Source of the DNA: Blastocladiella emersonii ATCC 22665
Taxonomy: Eukaryota; Fungi; Blastocladiomycota
Length of the DNA stretch: 64,000 bases
NCBI GenBank assembly: GCA_025594325.1
Contig: JANHCV010000001.1
Location: 2,728,001 to 2,792,000, forward strand
Direction: 5' to 3'
The position numbers and the translations under genes were made by a program. Numbering within the stretch: the first letter of the stretch is position 1; each line of letters begins with the position of its first letter. Positions 19,984 to 31,356 of this stretch are shown one piece after another. Below the pieces are notes generated by a model, which was given only the letters and a program-made list of their open reading frames with translations, ran no database searches and was not told the DNA's origin.

Positions 19984-22900
19984 TCACCCGTGCAGGTACG
20001 CCGGCCCCATGGCCGAGAACTGTGACGAGTACTGCTGCTGCTGCTGTTGCTGCGGGGCCAGCGGTGGACCGCCAGCCAGGTTGGTTGGCGGCGGGCCGTT
20101 GACCACGACGACCGAGCCCGAGTGCATCGGCGGCAGCATGCCCGGCGGGAGCGGGATCCACACGCCGCCGGGTGGTGCACCGGGAGGCGGCGGAGGTTGG
20201 TGCTGGCCGGGCGGCAGCGAGTCGAGGAGTGGTGGTGGCGGGGCGGGCACGAACGTCCACGACGACTGCTGTTGCTGCTGCTGTTGGGACTGCGGCTGCG
20301 ACTGGGACGGCTGTTGGAACTGCTGCTGCTGCGACGGCTGAGACTGGGACTGGATCGATTGCGGCGCGGGATGGAACCCGTACGATACCTGCTGCTGCTG
20401 TTGCTGCTGCTGCGGGGGCGACGGACCGGAGACCATGAACTGCGGCGGCATCGGCGCGAACCCCGTCTTGGACTGGCATTGCTGGAGCATCGGCGGGAGC
20501 TGGATCTGCTGCTGCTGCTGCGACACAGGCTGGATGGGCTGCTGCTGCGACTGCGGCTGCTGCATGACGACGGGCGCGGGACCTGACGCCGCCGTCGACG
20601 GGGGAAAGTGGCCCTGGACGATAGTCGGCATGCCGTGGTACGACCCGTTGGCAGCAGCAGCGGCCGAAGCAGCGGCCGCGGCCTCGACGAGGTGCGCGGC
20701 CGGCGGTGGCGGGAGCGGCGGGACGAGCGCGTCGTCGCCAAACTCGCACAGCGTGGGCGACATGACGAGCGACGACGTGGCCGAGAGCTGGCTCGGGATC
20801 CGCGACTTCCACGCGTGGTCGACGCTGAGCAGCCCGTTACCCGCGCCGCTGCCCGCCGCCGTGAGCGGGATCGACGACATGGACATGGACATGGACATGG
20901 ACGCCGAGACGGCGACCGTGGACGTGCCGGGCGACGGGTGCGACAGCGGCGGGGTGTTGGCCTGGTGCTGCTGCTGCTGGTAGTGCTGCTGCGGCGTGGT
21001 GCCGGGGACCGACATGAACCCGGGGACGTGTCCAAAGTTGGTCGGGACCGAGCCCGTGGCGCCGAGGTCCGACGACATGGGCGTCGGCTGCATGCGCACC
21101 TCGGCCGCGGCCGCCGACACGGTGCGCAGGCCGGGGTTCGGGGTCCCGCTCGCGCTGCCGCCGTACGTGGCGCCGAACAGGTCCGAGAAGAGCGTCGACG
21201 CGAACGACGAGGTCTGCGAGGGGGCGCTGCCGTTGGCGTTATCGCCGCCGACGCCGCCCGCGTCGCCCGTGGCACGGGACCGCCGCTTGGTCTTGGACGC
21301 GGACGACGACGACACCTTGCTCGGGTTATCGTCGACGGCGTACGCCGGGATGAACATGCCGGGCCCGCCGACCATGGACGACCTGCCCATGAGCTGCATG
21401 ATCGGGAACTCGAGCATGGCGCGCTTGGACCCCTCGGCGGGCGGCGCCGCGGCCGGCTGCTGCTTCTGAATCGTCTTGTTCGGGATCGTCGCGCGCGTCA
21501 TGAGCTTCTCGGCGAGGAGCGTCGACGAGTTGGACGGCGTGCGCCGGTGGCTCGAGTGCCGCGCCGAGCCGTGCGATCGCGGCGCGGGACCGCCGCCGTA
21601 CGGCACGTTCGAGAAGTCGCTGAACGGCCGGCGCGCCGAGTCACCGCCGCCGCCGCCACCCAACGCGTCGTCGTCCTCGTCGTCATCAGCGTCGCCTGCC
21701 CCAGGCCCGCGGTGCGCGCGCTTGCGCGGCGGCGGGTTCCCGGCCACGTCCTTTCCGGCCGTCGACGCGAGGCGCGCGTGTGGTGGTGCAGTCGAGGTCG
21801 TCGGCGTCGGCAGCGGGCGCGTCGCCGCGTCCATGGATCCGGGCTGCGACAGCGGGTCGGACCCGAGCGGGACAGGCGAGGCGACCGAAGACGCCGGACC
21901 GGACGCGATCCCGGATCCCGGGACCGAGATTTGCAGGCGGCGGTGCGCGGCGCGACGCGTGTGCAGCGCAGACGACGAGGAGGAGGTCTCGGGCTCCGGC
22001 GCGCCCTCGCGCGGGGTCCCGGGAACCGAGCGCGGGTCGACGGGCGGGGTATGCAGCGGGCTTGGGAGCGGGAAGGTGCCGGGCGGTGCGGGCGGCTTGG
22101 CGGGGGCGGGGGCGATGAGGATGGGTGTGGGAAGCTGGGTCGAGGCGGGCTCGGCAGGCGTCAATGGCGGGGCCGACGTGGGCGGGGACGCGAAGGCGGC
22201 GCCAGTCGCCTCGGCCTCGTCGTGCACGGGCTTGCACGCGGGGTTCTCGCGCAGGTGCTTGACGAGACCCTCCTTGCGGGTCCACCGCTTGTCGCACGCG
22301 TTGCACGCGAACGGACGCTCGCGGAAGTGAGACCTAGATGCGACGAGGGTGACGAGTCAGCGCTGGGCCCAGGCCAGTCACACAGGCGACACGATCGTAC
22401 CGCTCGTGACGCGTGCAGTCGGCCCTCCGCTTGAAGGCGCGGGCGCAGTGCGTGCACGCAAAGGCGCGGCCCTCCTTGTCCTTGTCCGAGGTGTCGGGCG
22501 CGAACGAGGGCGTGACGATATCGACCGAGGCGAGTGGTGGCGCGGGCCGCTTCGCCGGGGCGGCGCCGGCGGCGGCGCCAGCAGGACCGGAAACGGCAGG
22601 CGCGGGCGGCGCCACGGCGGCGGCGGTGGCAGCCGGGTCGGCGGTCAGGGCCTGGGCGTGGGTGATCAAGTGGACCTGCAGCGTCGGGATGGACTCAAAG
22701 TAGCCGCCGCAGCCCATGACGGGGCACGCGTAGAGGCCGTTGGGCGCGGGCGCGATGCGGATCGGCTGCTGCGACCGCATGCCCGCAGGTAGTGGAGGGA
22801 CGGGCGGCGCGGACGCGTCGTCGCCGTCGGGGCCAAACAGGTCGGCGAGGTCGGCGATGGCCGACATGACGCCGTCGCTGTCCATGGACTCCTGGCGCGC

Positions 22901-23596
22901 GAGCGCCGCGGGGCCGGGCGTCGGGCTGGTGAGCATGAGGCCGCGCAGGCCGGCCGAGAGCGGCGGCGGCAGGGACGCAATGGAGCTCCCGCGCGCCGAG
23001 GTGGCGGGCGTGGCCGAGCCGGGTGCGTGGAACTGGTGCTGCTGGTGCTGGTGGTAGTGCTGGAAGAGCGACGATGATGGCGGCACCGAGTTCTCGGGCG
23101 AGAGCGAGGGCGGTCCGAGGCTCGATCCAGGACCGCCGGTGCCGAGGCGGCCGGTCCCGGTCCCGGTGCCGGTCGAGTCGCTCGACAGCCGCGGCTGCAT
23201 GTGTTGTGGTGGTGGCGGTGGTGGCATGGGCTGCTGCTGCTGCTGCTGCTGCGGGTCGTACTGGAGCTGTTGCGGGAAGCCATGGGCATGTGGGTGGGGA
23301 TGAGCGTGGCCGTGGTGTTGGTGGACCTGCTGCTGCTGGATGTGGTGGTGGTGCTGCGGTTCGGCGTGCGGCGGCGCCACGAGCGAGTAGTACTGGTACT
23401 GGGTGGGGTCGGCGGGGGCAGCGACGGCGGTGGCGGGGACGACGGCGAGGTGGGTAAGCTCGGGCGGCGGCAGCGGCGGGCGCGGGGTGGACTCCTCGAG
23501 CAGGGCGAGGGCGTGCTGGTTGAAGGAGAAGTTGGCCGCGGGGGCATGGTGCAGGGCGGCGTTGACGGAGGCGCCCGCGAAGTTGACATTGTGCAT
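19984..23596 (-). CDS. Large C2H2/C2HC zinc-finger transcription factor (Crz1-like finger arrangement) with Q/S/P-rich regions; intron 22334-22400
   Basis: Fingers YACPVMGCGGYFESIPTLQVHLITH, FACTHCARAFKRRADCTRHER|SH and FACNACDKRWTRKEGLVKHLRENPAC (terminal C2HC). PolyQ tracts. Confidence 0.8.
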
Positions 23597-24924
23597 GGTG
23601 GGCGCAGCGAGGGCGGGAGGCGACGAGGAGGTCGGCTGCGCGCTTGAGGAACGGGTTCGAGAAGGGCGGGGGAGGGTCTAGCGTGGTGGCGGCGACGTCC
23701 GTGGTGGAGGGCGGGCGTCAGCGAGTCGATGGCGGCGCTGTGATCGCGAGCATGACGGCCGAGGTCAGTCGAGCACAGTGCAGCAAGTCGGGAGGCGGGG
23801 ACGGCGGTCGGCAGGATGTTGGGCGGGGGAGAGGAGCGGGCGAGGGCGGGGGCGGTGATACTCGGCCGGGCTGCAGGAACAGAGGGAGGGTCGAGTCGCA
23901 GGTCGCAGCGGTGCGGCGGTGTGGCGTCGGCGACGGACGCCGAGTTGCGCCATGGCCGCGCCGCGGGTCGCGTGGGCCGCGCAGCGCAGGGCAGCGTATG
24001 GACCGAGCCAACGCCGAGCCGAGCCCACGCCCAGGTCACGGTCGCGGTCGTGGTCGCGAGCGGCTCCACACGGCCACGGTGGGGGGCGGGCGGGGAGTCC
24101 CGGGCGGGTCGCGGCTCGCCCAGGCGGCGGCAGGACGCATCGTGCGATGAGCTCGGGCCGCTGCGCCGACACTCAATCAAGCGCGCAATCAAGCTCTCGG
24201 CCGCGAGCGGGCGTGCCCATGCCGTCCGCGGCCCGCGCTGGCCACCGTGGCCCACGTTGATCCCGTGCGAGGTTGCGCGCGAGTTGCTTCGATTACGGCG
24301 CGCGCGCCAGGGACGACAGTGCATGGTCGGGGAGAGGGAGGAGAGGGGACGGCGGCAGCGACCACGACGGCGAAGTGGAGGAGGATGGCGGGGATGCGAG
24401 GGATGGACGGCTCACGGCCGTGGCGAGCAGCGAATCCGAGGCACAGGGGGACGCACCTGGGCGAGGACGCAGACGTGTCGGTTATGTCGTCGAGACCGCG
24501 ATGGTGGCGGTGAAGAAGAGCGTCGTCGTCGCGGTCGAGTTGGGGAGCGCGGGGAGAGCGGCGGCGGAGAGCGTCGGCGGAGAGGGCCGCGGCCGTCGCG
24601 GCGAAGAGGAGTCGCGCGCGATGACGCGATCGCGCCGTAACCCACACGAACGCTGAGTTGTGCGAGCTGGAACCCCCGCTGCAGCACCGGCTTGGCCGAT
24701 GGTCGTGGACAGTGGAGCACGGCGAGGGTCGCGGTCGGGGTCGACGGGGACGCGGCGGACGACGCGTGCGCGATGCAAAGGGCGGGCGCGGCGATCAGCG
24801 GCAAGTCGAGGTCGGCGCGGACGCGAGGCGCCGCCGCAGCGAGCTTGGCGGGAGCGGGCGGTGTTGTGCGTGCGCGTCGTCGCCGTCGTCACGGCGGGGA
24901 CGGCGCTTGCTGGAACTTGGAGCA

Positions 24925-24975
24925 ACGGCGAGAGCGGCAGTACGGCGAGAGCGGCAGTACGGCGAGAGCGGCAGT
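24925..24975. repeat. Tandem repeat, 3 x 17 bp ACGGCGAGAGCGGCAGT
   Basis: Three exact adjacent copies in the long upstream region of the zinc-finger gene. Confidence 0.9.
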
Positions 24976-25550
24976 TGCCGAGGGGATCTTGGTCGAGAAA
25001 AAGAGAGGAAGGAAGAGAGCGCGGACCTGCAACTTGGAGCCACGGAGCGTCAAATCTTGCGAACGGCGTTGTGAGAACAACTCGGAGGTGCGGTTCCCAG
25101 CTCCACACCTTAAATATACGTAGAGCAACGAACAACAGAGAGCGGGAGGCTATCGGGTGATTCTGGCCCACGCAAGGAGAAACTGCGCGAGCGGCCATCT
25201 CGCCCTCAGGCACACGCCTCCGGCGGCCACGGCCACGGCCAACGACGGCCATGGCCACGGCCACGGCCACGCGCTTGATGACTGGGTTCCCTCTGCGCTC
25301 CCGTGCACCGTGGCCAAGTCTGGCCACGAGCGACCAGCGACCAGCGACCAGCGTTTGCAACGAGCGACGGACTTGTTTCGGCGGTTTTAAATCTGTCACG
25401 AGGACTCTCCGGTCCCGTCCAATGGTCGCTCGATGTGGCGCGCATGACTCGAAGCGATTGCGCCTTCCTCGCCTTCCTCACCGAGTGACGTCGCCGGTCG
25501 CCCTTCGCGACTCGCTCGAACCTCCCCTCACGGTGCCCACCACATGGAAG

Positions 25551-26753
25551 TAGTGTACACCACCGCAATCGCAACTCACAATTGCACACAAAGATTTGAG
25601 TGAACGTAGCCACAATCACAATTGTCGGCCGGAATTGTGGGGTGAAGGGCGAAGGGCCTAGCAACCGATCACGTGAGACGCACTTTGACCTAGTCGCCGC
25701 TGCCGCGGCACTGCTGCTCACCCGAGTTGAGCGCGCGCTCGTTGTGAAACTCGATCGCCTCCCCGACAACCAACGCCGCTGTCTGTCGACTTCGGGCTGC
25801 CGCCGCGGCGATGCCCGCTCGTCCACGCTTGCCATCGGCGCCCGTCGAGCGCACCATCGACGCTCGTCCTCTTCACCATCGCCGCGTGCCGAACACAGCG
25901 CCGATGCGCTGCCCGCCGACGGGCCTCGCCGTCGTTCTCGGCGCACGGTGGTCGGCGATGCTTCGCGCACGGTGAGTAAGCGCGGCGGCCGGCCCTCGCG
26001 CGCCCGCCGGCAGCCTCGCCATCTCGTTGCGACGCTGGCGCCCCCGCCAGTCGCGGCCGCGGCTATATCGCTGATCGAGGACGAGATGTGCGGCATTGAG
26101 ACCAACAGCGACACCGAGATGGAGGGCGCGGGCGAGGACACGGGCAACGACATTGAGGAGGTCCGGCCGTCCAAGGCCAACGTGCACCACCAGCTCGCCG
26201 ACCTCGGCCTCGTCTCGGGCAACACGGTTGAGGACGACTTCTCGACCCTGTCGGACGCCGAGCAGGCGCAGATCATCGAGGTGGGCTCTAAGCCCATCGC
26301 CCTCCTGGTACTCGAGGCGCCCATTGTCGGCCTCGCGCGCCCGGCCCTCGCGAACCGCGTCATCACCAACATCTCCTCGATCGCTTCGACGTTGGTCAAC
26401 ACGGCCTTCGATCTGGCCGCCCTCCCCGACTCGCTTGACGAAATGCCTCATCCTGACGCCTTCATGGCGGCCAGTCGCGAGGACCAGATTGAGCTTGACA
26501 TCGATGAGCTCGCCGATAATGTTAACGTGTGATGAATGAGTACACACCTTCTTTTCTGTGGCATCCCTCCGTCCGTCTCTCGTGCGCCGATTCTGCCTGT
26601 CACTCGCGTCAAGTCGTCCTTGCGCACTCACATGACTGCACGTGAGCGCGTTCCTCGCGTCGTCCCCGAGTTTTCCACAAACCGCAATCACAATCGCATG
26701 TCGAATTGTGGGTCCGCATTCACAATTTTCGGGAATTGTGGTGGTGTACACTA
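25551..26753. mobile_element. Non-autonomous hAT-superfamily DNA transposon (1,203 bp)
   Basis: TIR TAGTGTACACCACC at 25551 with its reverse complement ending at 26753 (18/19 match when extended). Exact 8-bp TSD CATGGAAG at 25543-25550 and 26754-26761. Multiple subterminal CACAAT/ATTGTG motifs at both ends. Termini fit the hAT (T/C)A(A/G)NG consensus. No transposase motif inside. Confidence 0.85.
26087..26532 (+). CDS. Acidic 148-aa ORF inside the hAT element (transposase remnant or captured fragment)
   Basis: Coding-like codon usage (MCGIETNSDTEMEG...DIDELADNVNV*). No recognisable domain. Confidence 0.35.
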
Positions 26754-26818
26754 CATGGAAGTGTGCAAGTCTGTGTATTTATCACCCATCCCCCGAACCA
26801 ATGATCATCATGCCCGAT

Positions 26819-27723
26819 CTAGTCCTGCCCCACCCCGAGGGCCGCGAGCATCGCGTCGAGCTCGGCCTCGTTGACGTCGAGCGACGGAAACCCGGTCGCC
26901 GATGTGGATCCGGCGTTCCCAAGCAACCCTTCTCCCACGAGATCGTGGACCGCGTGGCCCAGTGCTGCTGCTGCTGCCGGCGCTGCCGCTGACGCATCGT
27001 CCACGGCGAGCGGGGGCGTGACCGTGATGGTGGGGATCGCGCCCGGTCGCACGCCCGGGTGCAGCTTGCCGAGCATGCCGAGGGGAACGTGCGATCCCAG
27101 CGTGCCGTCGTCGCCTTCCGCGTCAGCATCGCCGCTGTCGTTGTCGCCCATGGAGATGCCGTTGTCGCCGCCGTGGAGCCGTGGGAACGCCATCTGTAGC
27201 GCGAGCCGGACCATCCACTCGGACCGCTCCACCTCGCGACCGAACGCCTGCTCGAGCACCGCCACGTCGCTGGTCATGGGGATGGACCACGCCGAGGGCG
27301 CGACGGGCGACGGTGCGCGGCGCACGATCATGTCCTCGTCGCTCGACATGGGTGAGAGCCGGTCCGAGTCGCACAGCGTCAGCGACGCTTCCCACTGCGC
27401 CGTCATGTCGCGCTACATGGGGTGCCGCGAGTGTGAGCCTCCGACCTTGTGGAGCGCTTCTGGACAGGCAGTACCATGATCTCCGTGTGGAGTGCATTCT
27501 CGTCCACTTCATCATCCACGTCCATGCCGTCCGCCTCGCCACCGTCGTCGACGACCGCTTCGTCGAACGTGCTCGTCTCGTTCCCCGTGAAGATCTCGGT
27601 CGCGCTGTCGTGTAGGTCCGGCAGGTGCTTGGACGCGATGGGCCACGGAGACCGCCCCGCCACCGCCGTGCCGCGCGGGTGGTAGTCGTGTTGCAGGTGC
27701 TCCTCGTCAAAGTAGTCTTTCAT
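26819..27723 (-). CDS. Hypothetical acidic, largely disordered protein; one intron at about 27414-27474
   Basis: MKDYFDEEHLQHDY...TEIM joins in phase 0, via GTACTG...TAG, to RDMTAQWEASL...LGVGQD*. Host-like codon usage. Confidence 0.5.
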
Positions 27724-27985
27724 TGCAATGGTCGCGTTCGTGGAGGTCGAGGAATCTCCGGCGCTGCGTCTCGAGCTGCGCACGCGACGCGTCTCGCAAC
27801 GAGGCGCAACGCGCTCGGCAATGGGCCAGCTGAGCTCACCTGACGCGAGACTCTCTCTGGTCTCCCGGCTCGTCTCCTCGCGCACACATCTTGCCATCGC
27901 CGAATCCTCCCCCGCAAAGCTATCTACGCTACCACGTAACGCAACGTAAACCCCACGCAACGCACACAACCACCACCTGCCCACC

Positions 27986-29025
27986 ATGCCACCAGCTGCC
28001 GGCGTGCGCAAGAAGCAGCTCTCCGTCATGGAGAAGCGGTTCCTCGACGCCCTGGCCGAGGCGCAGTCCAACGACGAGGGCGTGCCCGTGTCGCGGTTGC
28101 AGACGATCGATGGCTTCAAGGACGACATCCTCGCCAAGGTCATGACCGCGCTGATGCGCAAAAACTACATTGCCGTGTCCGAGGACTCGGGCGAGCCGGT
28201 CGTGTTCCTCGTCAAGGCCGAGGAGCAGGAGAAGATCGAGGAGCTCAACGTGGAGGAGAAGCTCGTGTACAACTTTATCAAGCAGGTTGGGACCGAGGGG
28301 ATCTGGGTCAAGACTCTGCAGGCGCGCACCAGCCTGCACACCAACGTGCTCACCAAGGCGCTCAAGAAGCTCGAGAGCCGCACGCTCATCAAGACGGTCA
28401 AGTCGGTCAAGCACGGCAACAAGAAGCTGTACATGCTGTTCGAGCTGCAGCCGTCCAACGAGGTCACGGGCGGCGTGTGGTACACGGACCAGGAGCTCGA
28501 CGCCGACTTTGTCGACACGATTGCGCGGGCCGCGCTCAGCGTGATCTCGCGCAAGGTACGCCTCGTGCTCGCTCGCCCACTCTTGGCCGCCCGGAACTGA
28601 CCCTCGCGCGACGCGTCTAGTCGTACCCCGATGACGTGCAGAGCGTGTTCCCACCAAGCTACGCTGGGTACGCCAAGCTGAGCGAGATTGTCAAGTTCAT
28701 CGTGAATCGGCAGATCGCCAACGTGGAGCTGACGGCGGCCGACATCGAGATGGTCGTCGACATGCTCGTGTTCGAGAACCGCATCGAGCGGCTGCCGATG
28801 CCGGCCTACTCGCTCATGATCCAGGACGACGAGGACGACTACGGCGCCGACGAGGACGACGACTCGGGCGACATGTGGATGTACCGCTTGGTGCGTGACA
28901 ACAACGCCAGCGCAGGCTGGTCGCAGATGCCGTGCGGCGTGTGCCCCGTCCGCGCCGACTGCTCCCCCAACGGCGCCGTCAACCCCTTCGACTGCGACTA
29001 CCTGTCCAAGTGGCTCGACTTTTGA
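27986..29025 (+). CDS. RPC34: RNA polymerase III subunit C34/RPC6; intron about 28557-28620
   Basis: GIWVKTLQARTSLH, LKKLESRTLIKTVKSVK, KKLYMLFELQPSNEVTGGVWYTDQELD, and C-terminal PCGVCPVRADC...CDYLSKWLDF. Confidence 0.95.
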
Positions 29026-29323
29026 CCTGTCCCGTGTGCTCGCCGTCCTGAACATATTCCTATACATATCGCTTAGCCTTGACCCTGGCTGCTGCCGTGA
29101 CGACATGAGCTCCGCGATCACGGACCCGACGCCCACTTTCATGCGGGCGGGCGTGTGGGCGGGCAGGCGTTGCTCTCTGCGCCGCGCCTCGCCCCCTTCC
29201 TTTCTCTCGCAGCAGCGATATACCCCCCCCCCCCCGTACTATAACGTATCAACAAACGAGAGCCTGCAACCTCTGCTGGCTCGCCCTTCTTGCAACGCAT
29301 CAACAACCACATCCTCCGCGACC

Positions 29324-31249
29324 ATGATTGGAGCTCCTCCGCCACCCGAGGCGGACCCCGCTGCGGCCACTGCCGTCGTCGCTGCTGCCGCGGTGCCCGC
29401 GCCTGAGGTGACCTCGAGCAGCGACGCGACCGAGCCGGCCAAGGCGGTCCCCACTGCTGCTGATCTCCCCGCTGCGGAGTCGGCCAGCGAGGCCGCTGCT
29501 GCTGACGCGGCGACCGAGCAGACCGCCGTCCCCGCCTCGGAGGGCGCCGAGGAGCTCCCCGCGACGGTGACGGACGAGTCTGCGCCGATCCCGCGCTCGA
29601 CCTCGCCTGCGCCCGCGTCGATCCCTCGTTCGACCTCGCCCGCTCCCGCGCCGGTGCTCGCCGTCGACACGACCGTCGCTTCCGATAAGCCTGCCGTGGC
29701 GGCGGCGCCCACGACCCCGCGGACGCGCGGCCACTCGTCGCCGACACTGCCCGAGCCGTCGTCGCTCCCCGTGTCGACGGACCTGGTCGTCCCGACGGCG
29801 CCGACGTCGCCCGCGGGCTCCATCGACTCGGGCGAGGAGTCGGACCGCGAGCTGCACGACATCGACTTTGACTTCTGGCTCGACATTGCGGACGCGTCGG
29901 TCTATGACCTGATCGGGTCCGAGTGGGCGTCCGAGGCGTCGCGGCTGCTGGCCATCACTACGGGCCGCATCGAGAAGCTGGACGCGGACATGCAGTCGCC
30001 GCTGTCGGCGGGCGACTCGGACAGCACGCAGAAGCGGCGGATCCGGCGTCGCGACCGGCTCGCGGCGCGCGTCGTGTCGCACTGGCAGATCCTCGAGTCC
30101 AAGTTCCGCAACCCGCAGATCACGCGCACCCGCGACAAGGTCGCCTTCTTCTTCGGCGTCACCAACCTGTGGGTCACGGCCCTCATCGCCGGCATGTTCC
30201 CGGCGCTGATCCCGCTGTGGTTCACCCTCAAGGCCGTCGTCCTGCTGTCGATGCGCTGGGGGATCTACCGGGCAAAGCGCTGGCACCTGTTCCTCGCGGA
30301 TTTCTGCTACCTGATCAACTCGCTGGTGCTCGTCTTCATCCACGTCATGCCCTCGTCGCGTGCCCTGTTCCACCTCCTGTACGCGTGCGCGCACGGCCCG
30401 CTCGCCTGGGCGATCGTGACGTGGCGCAACTCGCTGGTCTTCCACTCGCTCGACAAGATGACGTCGGTGTTCATCCACCTGTCGCCGCCGCTCACGCTCG
30501 CGGCGATGCGGTGGCTCGACCCGACGCACTCGACGGCCGCGTCGCCATACTACTCGGGGGTGCCGGGCTCCCCGCTGGCCGAGCCCGTGTACCTCGGGAT
30601 CACCGAGGCCCTGGTCGGCGGCACCGCCATCTACGCCGTGTGGCAGCTCGCCTACTACCTGCTGATCCTGCAGCGGCGCCGCGACAAGGTGTACCGGCAG
30701 GGGTACGCGACGTCGTTCACGTGGCTGCTGGGCGACTCCAAGGGCGCCATCTCGCGCGCCATGAACGTGTTCGGCGAGCGGTACCAGCTCGTCACCTTCA
30801 TGGCGCTCCAGTACGTCTACTCGATGGTCACGGTCATCCCCGCCGTCCTGTGGTCGCGCTCCATGATACTCAACCTGCTGTTCCTCGTCGCCATCCTCTC
30901 GGCGTCCGTCTGGAACGCCGCCAGCTTCTACATCGACGTGTTCTCGGCCCGCTACGCCCGCGACCTCGCCAACCTCGAGGCCGAGTTCAAGGACCGCGTC
31001 CAGAACATCTCCGCGTCCGCGCCCTCGTCCGCCGTGCCCAACTCGGCCGACGGGTCCGAGTCCAAGGACGGTGCTGCCAAGACCGCCGCCGCTGCTGCGA
31101 GCGTCATCACGCCGCGCAGCCTGTTCGACGCCGCCAAGGCCGCCGTGACCGCGCACCTCACCAAGGACGGAGACGACGACGAAGACTACCTCGGCTGCCC
31201 GCCCGGCGCGTGGCCATCGCTGAAGCCGCGCAAGGCCAAGTCGGAATAA
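29324..31249 (+). CDS. GPC1: Glycerophosphocholine acyltransferase (Gpc1/DUF2838 family)
   Basis: RDKVAFFFGV, RW..Y....WHLFLADFCYLIN, LAWAIVTWRNSLVFHSLDKMTSVFIH, multiple TM helices. ATG at 29324 in ACCATG context. Confidence 0.9.
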   Translation: MIGAPPPPEADPAAATAVVAAAAVPAPEVTSSSDATEPAKAVPTAADLPAAESASEAAAADAATEQTAVPASEGAEELPATVTDESAPIPRSTSPAPASIPRSTSPAPAPVLAVDTTVASDKPAVAAAPTTPRTRGHSSPTLPEPSSLPVSTDLVVPTAPTSPAGSIDSGEESDRELHDIDFDFWLDIADASVYDLIGSEWASEASRLLAITTGRIEKLDADMQSPLSAGDSDSTQKRRIRRRDRLAARVVSHWQILESKFRNPQITRTRDKVAFFFGVTNLWVTALIAGMFPALIPLWFTLKAVVLLSMRWGIYRAKRWHLFLADFCYLINSLVLVFIHVMPSSRALFHLLYACAHGPLAWAIVTWRNSLVFHSLDKMTSVFIHLSPPLTLAAMRWLDPTHSTAASPYYSGVPGSPLAEPVYLGITEALVGGTAIYAVWQLAYYLLILQRRRDKVYRQGYATSFTWLLGDSKGAISRAMNVFGERYQLVTFMALQYVYSMVTVIPAVLWSRSMILNLLFLVAILSASVWNAASFYIDVFSARYARDLANLEAEFKDRVQNISASAPSSAVPNSADGSESKDGAAKTAAAAASVITPRSLFDAAKAAVTAHLTKDGDDDEDYLGCPPGAWPSLKPRKAKSE

Positions 31250-31356
31250 CCACCGCCACCAACCACCAGAACCACCAACATCATCAAGAAGAAGGGAAAA
31301 AACTGAACCATGTACTCTAAATTGGAAGCCAAACTTTTGCTACTCCTCGCTCGCCA

